Of a stretch of 63,241 nucleotides of DNA, positions 37,650 through 48,457 are shown piece by piece. Below the pieces are notes generated by a model. The model ran no database searches, was not told where the DNA came from, and saw only the letters and a program-made list of their open reading frames with translations. The DNA is from Folioceros fuciformis (Eukaryota). The position numbers and the translations under genes were made by a program. The stretch lies in the NCBI GenBank assembly GCA_049999805.1, contig JBNGIO010005408.1:1-63241 (forward strand), in the 5' to 3' direction. Numbering within the stretch: the stretch's first letter is position 1; every line of letters starts with the position of its first letter.

Positions 37650-38071
37650 CGCTCAGCCTCCGCAGAAGCAATGAAAACTACAACCAAACCTAGGCCAGGA
37701 GCCGTCACAGAACCTCCATGACAGACAACCACTCGCTGAACAGCGGGTTCGAAACCCCCCGATATTGCAGTCCGCCTGACCTCCAAAGACACCCACGCAT
37801 TAGGCAAGACAGGAGTTGCGCGGAGTTGCCACACGTTCTCGCAAGAATTTCCAACCCATTCCCCGATCCCCCATCCTCAAAGCGCAGCTTGAGGCGGTGA
37901 GTCTGACACCAATGTTCCAATTTCCCGGTGGCGGGAGCAACAGAGTCGAGAAACTAAATTCACGTTTCGGAAAGTCGTTCAAGACTGGTGTTACGTTACG
38001 TTTTGGACACCGGAGTCCTGTGTTGCCGTCTCATCGCACACTTACATTAATTGCTAAGGCGGCCGGGGACG

Positions 38072-40269
38072 CTATGAGGCTGGGACCAACTCAATACGGA
38101 CGCTGTCGATCGTTATGGGCCGGGATGCGAGACGTTGTGGCCCAGCCTGGAGCGTGACGGCCAAGCGTCCCAAACCGGTCGCTTCCAACTGGCGGAGCTT
38201 GGCGCCGATGGCGAGGCGCAGCCCGAAGGCGCGATCCTGACCGTGGGAAGCCGGGCTGGTTAGGATGCCGGCAAGCTCAGCGCAAACTGTGGATGGCTTC
38301 CCCGCCAGCATGAGGTAAACCTCGAGGAGCACCGGCTGCCTCCATTCCGCTCTCACGCCGTCCAACACCAGAACTTCCTCCCAAGCGCCTTCTGCAGGTC
38401 ATCCGGATCAGGTCAACGTAGCTCTCAGCCGGACAACACTTTGACCACTGAATTTATCAAGCCAGTCACCCGCTTAAACTATTTCGTCCTGGCTCTGGAC
38501 TCTCTGCACATCCCACCTGGAGGCTGCGGCCTGGTGATGGCGATCGTAACGGGCGCGTCTTCCACCAACACCACGCTCTGCGTCGCGTGGGGAATCTGTG
38601 TCAGCCAGGAGGAAAGTTCCAATTCCGATAAACTGGAGCAACGCGACGCGTTGTACGTCATCCACTCGTTGTCGCCATCTTGCACCGATTCGTAAGAGTA
38701 TCGAAGCTGCGCGATGTCTAAACAATCAGCAATGCGCACTCTTACCTGCACAAGATTTGGAACTAGAGATTTTCATCAGAAGGTTTCGTTTTGTTCTTGA
38801 GGCTGCAGCGGTGGCGTGGTGTGCAGGCGTGCGTACTCGATCTCGCATACCAGGTCGGCGTTCTCGTCATAGAATACGAACTGGGAGTTGAGCCAGTCAG
38901 GGTCGCCGCTATTGTGTCTCCATCCGCCAGGAATGGATTTCCACACCTGCTCTTGCAAACGTAACATCAGCTTCTTGGCGTCCGATTAGGGCAATTTCGT
39001 GAGCAGGGCATCGATGATGTGGAGGGTCACGAGTACCTCCCACAGTCGGTCAACATTGGCGTGGTGGATGTAGAAGGTAGGATCTGTTCCCGAAATCCCC
39101 ACGTTTCCCATAAGAGCAAAATCCGGGGTGTCCTCGTCGCCGATCCAGACATGAACGTTGCCATGAGGCCCGGCTTCCAAGGTCCCGAACAGGAAGGAGG
39201 TTGCGGAAGGCTCTTGGCTGTCACCGTATCGGTAGGCTTTTCCCTCGAACAGGGGAGCTGTTGTGCCTGCGCTAACCATCACCTGGCAGAGCACCACTCA
39301 GCGGAGAAACAATTCGGTTGAAATCAAGAGGACTGCAGCTGACAAGCGTGTGAGAGAACACATACCTGATGCATGATGTTCAGGTTGCTCTGGCGACGCT
39401 GCTCTATGGAAGCACTAGAAGGTGCCTTTTCTCCGTCTTTAAAGGGGTTGAAGCTCAAGTCCATCCGAGCAGGAGGTAGTCGTTGTTTGGTTCTTTGGAC
39501 GTTGCCTAGAAACTCCTCCTCGCAGTAGGCTAGGGGGATAGTGCCGGGCATGTACTGTAACTGACCATTTTCGTCTGTCTGCACGTCGATTCTCTGGTTG
39601 TCCCAGTTCCAGAAGGGCAGAGCGAAGGTGTCGTCATCCAGCAGCGAAGCGAGAATCCTCTCATGGAAGTAGAGGAACCAGCGGTGCCAGGGCAACAGCA
39701 GCCATGACCAATGAATCTGCCATTGAACAAGCTCGATCAGCGAGTCCTCCTCGGGATTGCTGTTCACGGATGCATGATCCCATGCCTGTCTTCTTAATAA
39801 GACAACATGACCACTGAGAAGCATGTAATACTGCAGAGCAACGTACCTGCAAAGACTCGGAGGTGTTCCAGGCGGTGGGGAAGGAGCTGGAGCAGTAGGC
39901 ACAGTGCATCCTCTGCTGCTGCACCAGCGAGCGGGGGTCGTCGTCCGGCAGGCTCTTCATGAGCTGGTAGGCTCGATTCAGGCGGGCAGACGCAGCCGGG
40001 TCGAGCTTGTGTGCAGGCGGACGCACTCGCATGGGCCAATTATCCAGGCTGGAAAAGGAGAAGTCCACAATTGGCCTGGTTGGTAGCACTGGGCAACATT
40101 CTATGGGCATCTGCAGATGTGGGTATTCGACTGCCCCTGGATGGCACTTTTCCAGCTCCGGCGCGGGGATGGGATCACCACACACTCGCACAGAGGTGAC
40201 AAGGAGGTAGGTGACGACATGCATCAAGGCCAAGGCCAGGGCCAGCCTCGTACAGGAGCTCTTCATCAT
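38072..40269 (-). CDS. PPO: Polyphenol oxidase (type-3 copper) with an N-terminal signal peptide, multi-exon
   Basis: CuA QQQRMHCAYC and IHWSWLLLPWHRWFLYFHERIL..FALPFWNWD; CuB LEAGPHGNVHVW and DPTFYIHHANVDRLW; DPDWLNSQFVFYDEN (DWL domain); C-terminal EEVLVLDGV...IDSVRIEL. Confidence 0.95.
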
Positions 40270-40813
40270 CCTGTCGGAGACAAACTTGTAGAGAGTAATC
40301 AATCATCGAGGTGGAAGGTATTTGTAGGTCAGACTGGCCACACGTTACCATGTAGCAGTACTTGCTCCACATCTTCAACAACCGACTTGAGAGCTGACAG
40401 AGATTGTAGATTTCACAGCAATAACAACAACAACAACAACAAGGGTAGCAACCACTCACACGACTCAGCGGGGGCTGTTTCCACATCGTAGCTCACATCC
40501 TCACAAACCATATTAGTCGCAATGAAACAACAATATTGGAATTTGCGCCAAGAGAGCTAGGTTGCCCAAACATTTCCCAACTGGCGAATTCAGTACAATC
40601 TCCCTCTACTGGTTCTCTTTTCCTCAGAGTTGTGGAAGAGTGTAGCAGATGATCAAATTCTGATCCATTTTCGGAACTTGATTTGGTAGCGCGATGATCA
40701 ACTAGTGCCTGGACCAGTAGTGGATGCTCGCTTCAGCAACATGTCACCAGCTATAGCGCTGTTCGTCTCCGTGGCCACATTTAAGACTGACGGACAAACT
40801 CCGCTACCGCTGA

Positions 40814-40912
40814 CTCCGTGTTGTATTGGAATTGCGCTGTGGTCGCTGTCGTGATGGACACACAGTCTCCATCAGGCCAGCGACCACAGCGCAATTCCAA
40901 TGCAGCACGGAG
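40814..40912 (+). ncRNA. Candidate pre-miRNA-like stem-loop
   Basis: 35 bp arms (40814-40848 and 40878-40912) whose only two non-Watson-Crick pairs are U:G on the + strand, plus an inner 7 bp stem (TGATGGA/TCCATCA). Confidence 0.5.
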
Positions 40913-42282
40913 CCATCAAGCAACCGAGAGGTGAACGGTAGCTGGTAAACGTGTCAAAATGCTGCTGGAGAACTGACAGCAGCAGCAGCAGCGTTGTCCG
41001 CTGGCATCTGGCAAATCCCTGTCCGTAAGCTTGTACATTACACACATCGTGTGATGCAGAATTGTTGCCTGTGCGTGCATCTGATCATGGTAGGCGGGTC
41101 TAAGACCAGGTAGTGCAAATGGATACGACCTACTATGTACACACAGCCCCAAAGACGGCACGTCCTTTGTTTCTGTTGGCTTGACAAAGACCCTGACCTG
41201 CATAGCAATACATACTTACTCTGTCATCACGCACGCACACGCCAGACAGTCTGGCTATGAACAACTCGACCATAATGTCAGCTTCTGAGTGACGCTCTGT
41301 TGTTGCTCATGAGTTTGTGCCAGATCGTGCAAGGAGCCGCATACGTATGTATGTATATATGCGTTTTGTCTGGTCACTTCATGCTTTTTTCTTGCCATAC
41401 TTTCTGTGCTCCTTTGCGCGGGCGAGGAGGAACAGCGTAGAACCGTGAAACTCTCAAAAGCTTCTTCAATGTCCCACGGAAGGGGCAGGCAGATAGATTC
41501 ACTCGTCCCACGCTCTCTGCGTCATCCCTGTTACATACTACGCTAACCCAATGGCGGCTCAACGAGGATCCAAATGGGGCCCTTCCCATCCAAGGCTCTA
41601 CAAGCACCACACCCATGTCCTCATATCGTTCCTTTTCGACTTCGTCAATGTCGCCACGCCATGGTCTCCAGTTCATGCTCACCCCTGATTCGCCTTCTGG
41701 TGTTCTACGTGGGGTGGTATATCCGTTGGTTCCCACCGCCCACATGTGTTCGATCCTACGAACAGATGCCAAGATGCCAGGATAAGCGAACAAAAGTCTT
41801 CAACGGAGGACAAGTCTTGGGCCTTAGAATCTCAACACGCTAAGTGTATTCCAGGGAACTAGGGAACGGCCTCAGAAAGCACCCTGAAATGGCGGCTGCA
41901 ATTACAAGAAAAGGGGGCCAGGAAACGGCTCTGCCATGACGATGCATGACAGTGGATTCTGTCAAATCGCACCGACGGCGTCGAACGGGTAGTTCGAAGT
42001 TTCAATTATCGGCACTCATAATCTGTAATGAGCGGCGGCAACGTAATCCCAAAAATTGTACAAATATCTAAACTTTTATCATTTCTATCAATCCTGGAAG
42101 GAATGTGAATACAACTCCGCTGCGAAACATGCCCTGCAACGAAGAAACAGATTTTAAGTTTAAGACATACAACCAGAAATGGAAAACGCCATGGTCAGCA
42201 CCCATATACCTACGCACCTGTTCACTGGAAGAATCATCGGTCTGACGTTACATTTTGAGGCCAGGCTTGGGTGGCGGTAGAC

Positions 42283-43640
42283 CTATCTCCCATATCTCTG
42301 GGTTTTCTGAGCGAACTCCTCAAGGGCTGAGGTAAACAAAGATGCTGTCAGCTCTTTGAATCTCCCCATATGCCTGTCCAAAGCATGACTAGAATGAGAT
42401 TCCGTGGAACCAGGAGGTCAACCTTCAAGCAAAGCAGCTCTTAAATGGCAGGCAGACAGACTGTATACAGTCGGTACACAAATCTTTCAGAGCGTATACA
42501 AGTCTCAAGAACTCAACAAGAGGAAGCTCCTTACACTATCTCTGTTAGCCGTAATCGCCAGGGCGGAAAACCCAGGAGGGATTTGGTTGTGCCGAAAGAA
42601 AGAAGCAAATCTGGTTCTGGACCTACGTACCCTGTCAGAAGATTCCTCAATCTTGTGAGACAACTGCGACACAGAAACGTACATCACAACACGTCTTTTA
42701 AAACTGTTTTCACCTGTTGCCAGTAAACTTGCATCTACATCTGCTTCTGAAAGTTTTTTCTTCAACTCCTTCCCGTGTGAATGGGCTTTCAAGGCGCCAC
42801 TGCAAATGTGTCTGGCAGCCATTACAATGGCCTCCCTTCCGTCCTCACGAGAAAGAAGCTCCACTTTCATGACCTCCTGTTTGCACAGAGAGGGGACAGG
42901 TCAGACAGAACTTAAATACAAGTACTGCACTAACCAATACCACACACTAAAAACACTCTTGGTTGTGAGCTCTACACCCTCTGGTTGTAAAAACACTCTA
43001 CTCGGAGAAAAACTGTCTGATCATCCAAGCTGATGATTTGGTGAAGTAAACCGCCTCAAATCCGCTTTCAAGGATGTTGTGGACTGTTCTCCCCAGCATG
43101 TGGGACACCCCTACTTCCAAAAACCTTGACTTCCAAACGCTAGAAAAGGATCAAATAGCTCACCTTTCTCGGGGAGTAGAAAGACAACTTCTGATCCTCA
43201 CCACAGCTACTGTCCAGCGCCTTCTCAAAGTTCTGCTGCAGATTCTTCAAGACTCCTAGACGGGGACCAGCGTCAGATATTCTTTCGGAAAACCTGAGTG
43301 AAGAACCCTAAATCCTCGGGAAGAGAACTGCCCGTTGAAGGTGTCAGCGTGCGACTGAGAGCAAAATGCTACCTTTCACGTCATACAGCGAGACATGCTG
43401 AACCCTGGCCGCCGCCAACCACTCCAGCAGCTCCAGAATCTTTAGCTCCTGGCCGACAACCTCCGCGCTCTCCAGCACCACTGCCACACTCCAGGGTCCC
43501 TTCTTCTTCTGATTAAGGCCGTTCCTCAGATATACGAATGGGCTAGCTCTGAGCAGGCGGATGCACCGATCAGCATAGTTGACGATTCGGAAGATCAAGT
43601 GAAACAAGCGCAGCAACAGCCACGCCAGAACACGAGGCAT
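42283..43640 (-). CDS. NUS1: Dehydrodolichyl diphosphate synthase complex subunit NUS1/NgBR (LEW1-like)
   Basis: [61 protein letters not shown]-terminal QRYGR* (RxG motif). The start codon is uncertain. Confidence 0.88.
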
Positions 43641-44614
43641 GCCTCACTCTCCTGAGTAAAAATTGCACGCGATCCACGAGCCGATCTTCCTCACGGCGGG
43701 CATAAGTCCAGTTGCGGAGCCTCAACGAATTCACAGTAGCAACCAGCCCGCTCGACTGATGAGGCCAAGGATGCCGAATCTCAGCTGCTAAACTGCCGAC
43801 ACTGCGAAGTGCTGAGCTTGGTAAGACTGCTAACGAGGCATTCACAACCGAGGCAGCGACCGCTATATCTAATCCAGGAGGCAGAATTCATGCTTGCATA
43901 CGACCCAATCCTGACTTAGGATGGAAGCACAAGCGCGCACGCAACGAACTCGTGTGTGGAACCAGTCTCAACTCTTTTCTCAAGGAGCAATGAAGCTTGC
44001 CTTGAGAAGACTGTTTTAGAAAAAGAGATATATAGAGAATCCCATCGACCCGAAGGCAAAGGGGGATTACAAGTTACTACCCAGCAAAGGGCACAAGTAT
44101 AGGTCTTAAGTTGGCAAACGAATTAAAGGTTACGAATTACGTAGTCATAGCCGAGGACGTGTTTACTGAATGACAGAAAAACCTCTATACCTATGTAGTT
44201 TCGTCCTCAAGGTCCTAATACCAGTGTATTAAATATACCAAATATTGTTGTCAGTGCTAACTACCTAGCTAGATAGGGCACCAATGTTTCTGAAAACATC
44301 CTTGCATATGGATGGAGACACAGGAGCCCAGCGCACACTACCCCTTCAACCTCCGCGTACACACGCAGCAGGTGGCAAGAGACGGTGTACAGTAATGTAC
44401 TTGTCAACCGTGCAAACAAAAGTGTTCTCACCAGTTTGTTGTCAGTGCTTCCACAAACAAACTTCGTATCTTGGAGAAAACAGAGACGTCCCTGTCCACA
44501 CTGTATGTGATACAGGCATGGCTGGCCTAGTCCTCTCCCTCCAAGTCCTTTGTTGTATCGTCTGCCAGCGTCCACCAACAGAAGTCTGTGCTTGGTGGGA
44601 GGGTGAACACCTCC

Positions 44615-45545
44615 TCAAAGCTCGTTCTCAATTATGTCACGGATAGTTTGGGACGGCAGTAAGCCCTCAGTGCGAATTGCCAGCTTTTGAGTGTCTGTGC
44701 TCACAAATACCATTGTAGGCAAGCCACGAATCTGACATCCATGACCACGGATAGCTTGTTTGTGAGAAAGGACTGGTGACAGGATGCCACTCCAGCCCTC
44801 GGAAACAGAAAGCACAGGATGGCCGGTACCTGCATCTGCGCAGCGAGCTCGTATTCCTCATCCGTATCCACCTTCAGGAACCGCACTGTTTGACCATACT
44901 CCACCGCTAGCTGTTACGGGGACAATCCACGGTCAGAAACACACCTTCGCCAGATCAAATCGGCACTGCCCTCTGCGCTATTTCGGGAACGATCCAAGGT
45001 GAGCAACACAACACAGCTTAGCAACAGCACATTGGGACTGGAGAACTGGCGGCCTCACCTTCTCAAGTTCCTGAGCCAGCAAGATGCACGGTCCACACCA
45101 GGTTGCATAGAAGTCAAGAACCATTGGCTGTGTCCTCTCCTGGGAGAGTATATCATCCAGCTCCCTTGCGGTCACTTTTTGCTAGAACTCCACACCAAGC
45201 GCAATTGTGAGTTCCAAGCAGGCTACGGAATTCCCATCTCAAGCTCAGGCAATGCAAACTTACCACAAGGTTCTCAGCCCGTGCTACACCGACGCGAAAC
45301 CTAGCTGGGGCAGAGCGGGAGGTTTTGCTCACGGACGCGCGTCTCAGAATTGTGTACGGCGGTAAGAACACGCCCCTCCCAGACTCCTGCACTTTACAAG
45401 CAGTCATGGCACCCACACGCAGCGGGAGAGCAGCCAGACGGCAGCTGGCTGAGCCATGCAGAGCGACGCAACTCTCCCTCTCCCCTGCCGGAATCAAAGA
45501 ACAGGGCAGGAGAGCTGCGGTTTTGAGAGCCCCTGCCACCACCAT
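44615..45545 (-). CDS. TRXZ: Plastid thioredoxin z (CITRX)
   Basis: Transit-like N-terminus; DFYATWCGPCILLAQELE; KVDTDEEYELAAQMQ; IRGLPT..AIRTEGL..IRDIIENEL. Confidence 0.92.
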
Positions 45546-46258
45546 CGCAAGTGGCGTGAGCTCTTCTCTTCCTTGAGGAGATCAGCAAATCCGAAACTTT
45601 TCTTCAGACCCTCGACGACAGGAAAAATTGCAGCTGCAGACAGAAAAAAGGGTCGATCCAGACGCCACACAACCACGTCTGACCCCTCCAAAACCACAAC
45701 AAGCTCCTCTAAGATCGTTTCCTAAACCCGAACTTCATTTCCCGAGCGGAAGCTTACGAAATATCACCCTCTCTCCAGGTACTTTGCTGGCACAATGTTT
45801 CGCCATCGTTGTCTGGGATATTTCGCCGGTGACGGTAGTTTCCAAACTAACACCACATAGTCCCCGCCATGCAGTTGCGAACTCTGGCTGCCGATGATTC
45901 CATGGAGCGCGTCAAAACCCTCGGACAGTGAGGAGTTCTTTCGTATTCACACAAACCAACTGAGAGCAAAATAAGCAAATAAAGCACAAGAGAATTACAA
46001 GATTTGCATGCTTCGCATGCTCAATGGCAACTATTACAACGAGAACACACCACCCTAACAGTACCAGGCTTCCTCAGACGGGGACTGCTAATCTCAGCGG
46101 CTCAACACACCGGGTGAAACGTCCATCACCAGCGGCACGGGGGGCTGAGAGGGGGGAGGGAACAGAGGTGAATCAGTGGATAACTCTGCAAAAATACACC
46201 GGAGACCAATTGTAGGCCAGAACTCTATACAAGACACACTGGATGCGAACATCCTCCT

Positions 46259-48047
46259 CTACGCAGCGACGGCTGCTTTGGATGTCTTCCGCCTTGCCAA
46301 AATTCTCTCGTACACATCCCTGATCTTCAATCCTACAATGGTTTGAAAGAGCCCGGTTCCGTTGTTGCTGCCAGGGAAGTCGGCGTGCTTCAGCATCTGC
46401 TGTGTGATCTCTCCGTAGAACTTGGTGGAAATGTTGCTCAGATGGCTCTCTACGTAGATAAGCTCGTCAAGTTTATCAAATTGGCCGTCCATCTCCAGCA
46501 CCGAAACCTGGATGAGCAGAGCGGTAGTCCGGCGTGAGAAAAGTAGCTCCCTTCTTAGAGCAAGCTGCATCGTTAGAGAAGGACGAACAGCCCGAGAATG
46601 TGATTACTGACCTCGTTTCCGTAGTAGGTGTCCGGGCCGTAGAAGAACTTGATGCCAGGGTATGAACATGTCAGCTTCCTGCCGCAGGGGATCCATGAGA
46701 TGGTAGAGCCTTCGTCGAAGAGGTAGACGGGGTCGAAGTCTTTGACACCTTCCTTCATGACCATCCGCACGCGGAGAACTTTGCCCTCATTGTCATCCGG
46801 AATGAGCTGAGTCGGCAGCACTTGAATCACAACATCCGCATGCTGCTTCTGAGGATCTGCAACCGAAGACGAGCGACCAGGGTTTCACGACCGGAAGCGA
46901 GCAGCGCAAAACAGGCCAGGCGAGGAAGAAGAGGAAGGAGGTACCGATAAAGGCATCGAAGTCGGGTTTCCTTGCCGCAATGCTGGCCTTAATGCTTTCC
47001 AGGCTGTGCCCTCGCTCGGCCATATCCCGCTGCGATTCCATCCATCATCAGCGCTAAATGTGAGTGCATCTGCTGAGCAACAGGAACCTAACATTCGAAC
47101 CGGAGGATACCGATAGCAAACCTGGATCTTCCAAGCAAACTTCACATCATCGCTGATATCCAGGTAGATACTGAAGTCCAGCAAATCCCTGACTCTCGCG
47201 TCGTACCTGGTCGAATTATGGTTCGAGGAGGAGACGGCACGACCTTCAGTACTAATACAAAAATGCGAGCTGCCGCCCCCCGCAACCACAAGAGTATTGC
47301 AAGAGATCGCACGGAGGAGCAGCGGCATTGCATTTTGGAGCTAGAGCAGATGCAAATGCAGGAGAGGGAAACCCAAGAAAGGAAGAATGCGGCAACTCAC
47401 ATAGGATGCAGGCCCTCGATTACGAGGATTTTAGGAGGAGTGATGAGCTCCGGGGGATCCAGCAGACCGGACACGTGGTTGTAGATAGGCTTCTGCACGC
47501 TCTGGCCGGACTTGAGGGCCTTCACCTGCTCGTACATGAGATCGAAATTGTTGGCCTTGGGGTCCAAGGCGGTCACACCTTCCTTCTTGCGGCCATTCCT
47601 ATCCAGGCTGTGGTAGTCATCGAGGCAGATAACAGTGGTGGTGTCACTGATGAGAGTGTTGGAGTCCGGGTTGCCGCCTTTGGGCGGGGAGGCGGCGCCT
47701 CCGAAGACGCTGGTGAGGCGCCTCATGAACGTACTCTTCCCGCAACCGGAGTCGGCAGCCAGGCCGATGACGACGGTGTTTCCGTCCACTTTGCACACGA
47801 CGAGGCCGCGATGAGCTCCGGTGCGCCTGCGGGCAGGTGCAGAGCGCAGAGTCGAGGCCTCGGCGGCGGCCATGCTGAGCGAGCTCCACACTCCCTTGGA
47901 GCCATGGAAGGCCGAGGCGAGCGGGCGGGGCGAGGAGGAAGAGGAGGCCAATTTGGCGTCCTTGAAAACCGTGGCAGCTGCAGCAGCGGCCGCAGAGGAG
48001 GTGCAAGCCGCGGCGCAGGCCATGGTCGCTGGTGCAGAAGCAGACAT
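46259..48047 (-). CDS. PRK: Phosphoribulokinase, chloroplast
   Basis: VVIGLAADSGCGKSTFMRRLTSVFGG; GGNPDSNTLISD; ICLDDYHSLDR; QRDMAERGHSLESIKASI; WIPCGRKLTCSYPG; FPGSNNGTGLFQTIVGLKIR; Ala/Ser-rich transit peptide. Confidence 0.98.
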
Positions 48048-48149
48048 GCCTCTTCCCCGCGGCGGGCAAGGAGGGAAGGAGTGCTCGCAGGCGAGTGGCT
48101 GGGGCAATGCAGCCAGACAACGCAGGCCACACAGTGCGAGAGGAGGAGG

Positions 48150-48445
48150 CCGACGGATAATCCTAGGCGTGCCACATGTGGCACTGGCATATCGCACTCT
48201 GCGTTCCTGCCCATTCACCTTGCCACCCTGTTAGCCCGCGGAATCGGGATGGATAACCAGCACTCCTTCGTGCGATGCGATCAGTTACGACGCTCTCACA
48301 ACGCGCCCGCTACACAGCATTTCACGAACAAAGATGAACTCGCGATGCCGAAGGTAATCGAATCGGATTCTCTTCCCGCACTTTGTCCCTCTTAATGATA
48401 CTTCGGGCTGATTTTGCAGCTCGTGAGAGATAACGGATAAACAAC
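48150..48445 (-). promoter_or_regulatory. Putative light-responsive PRK promoter: 16 bp palindrome GTGCCACATGTGGCAC (48169-48184) and several GATAA motifs
   Basis: The perfect palindrome contains a CACATG E-box and GCCAC on both strands. GGATAA/GATAA occur at ~48155, 48251, 48428 and 48435, upstream of PRK. Confidence 0.45.
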
Positions 48446-48457
48446 ATCCGGTCCTAA

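Noticed and set aside
40418-40442. (AAC)n microsatellite upstream of the PPO
   Set aside because: Ordinary short simple repeat with no evidence of function.
47328-48395. 355 aa + strand ORF antisense to PRK (likewise 52647..53606, 3766..4500, 6584..7309)
   Set aside because: Shadow ORFs caused by the high GC3 codon usage of the real genes on the opposite strand.
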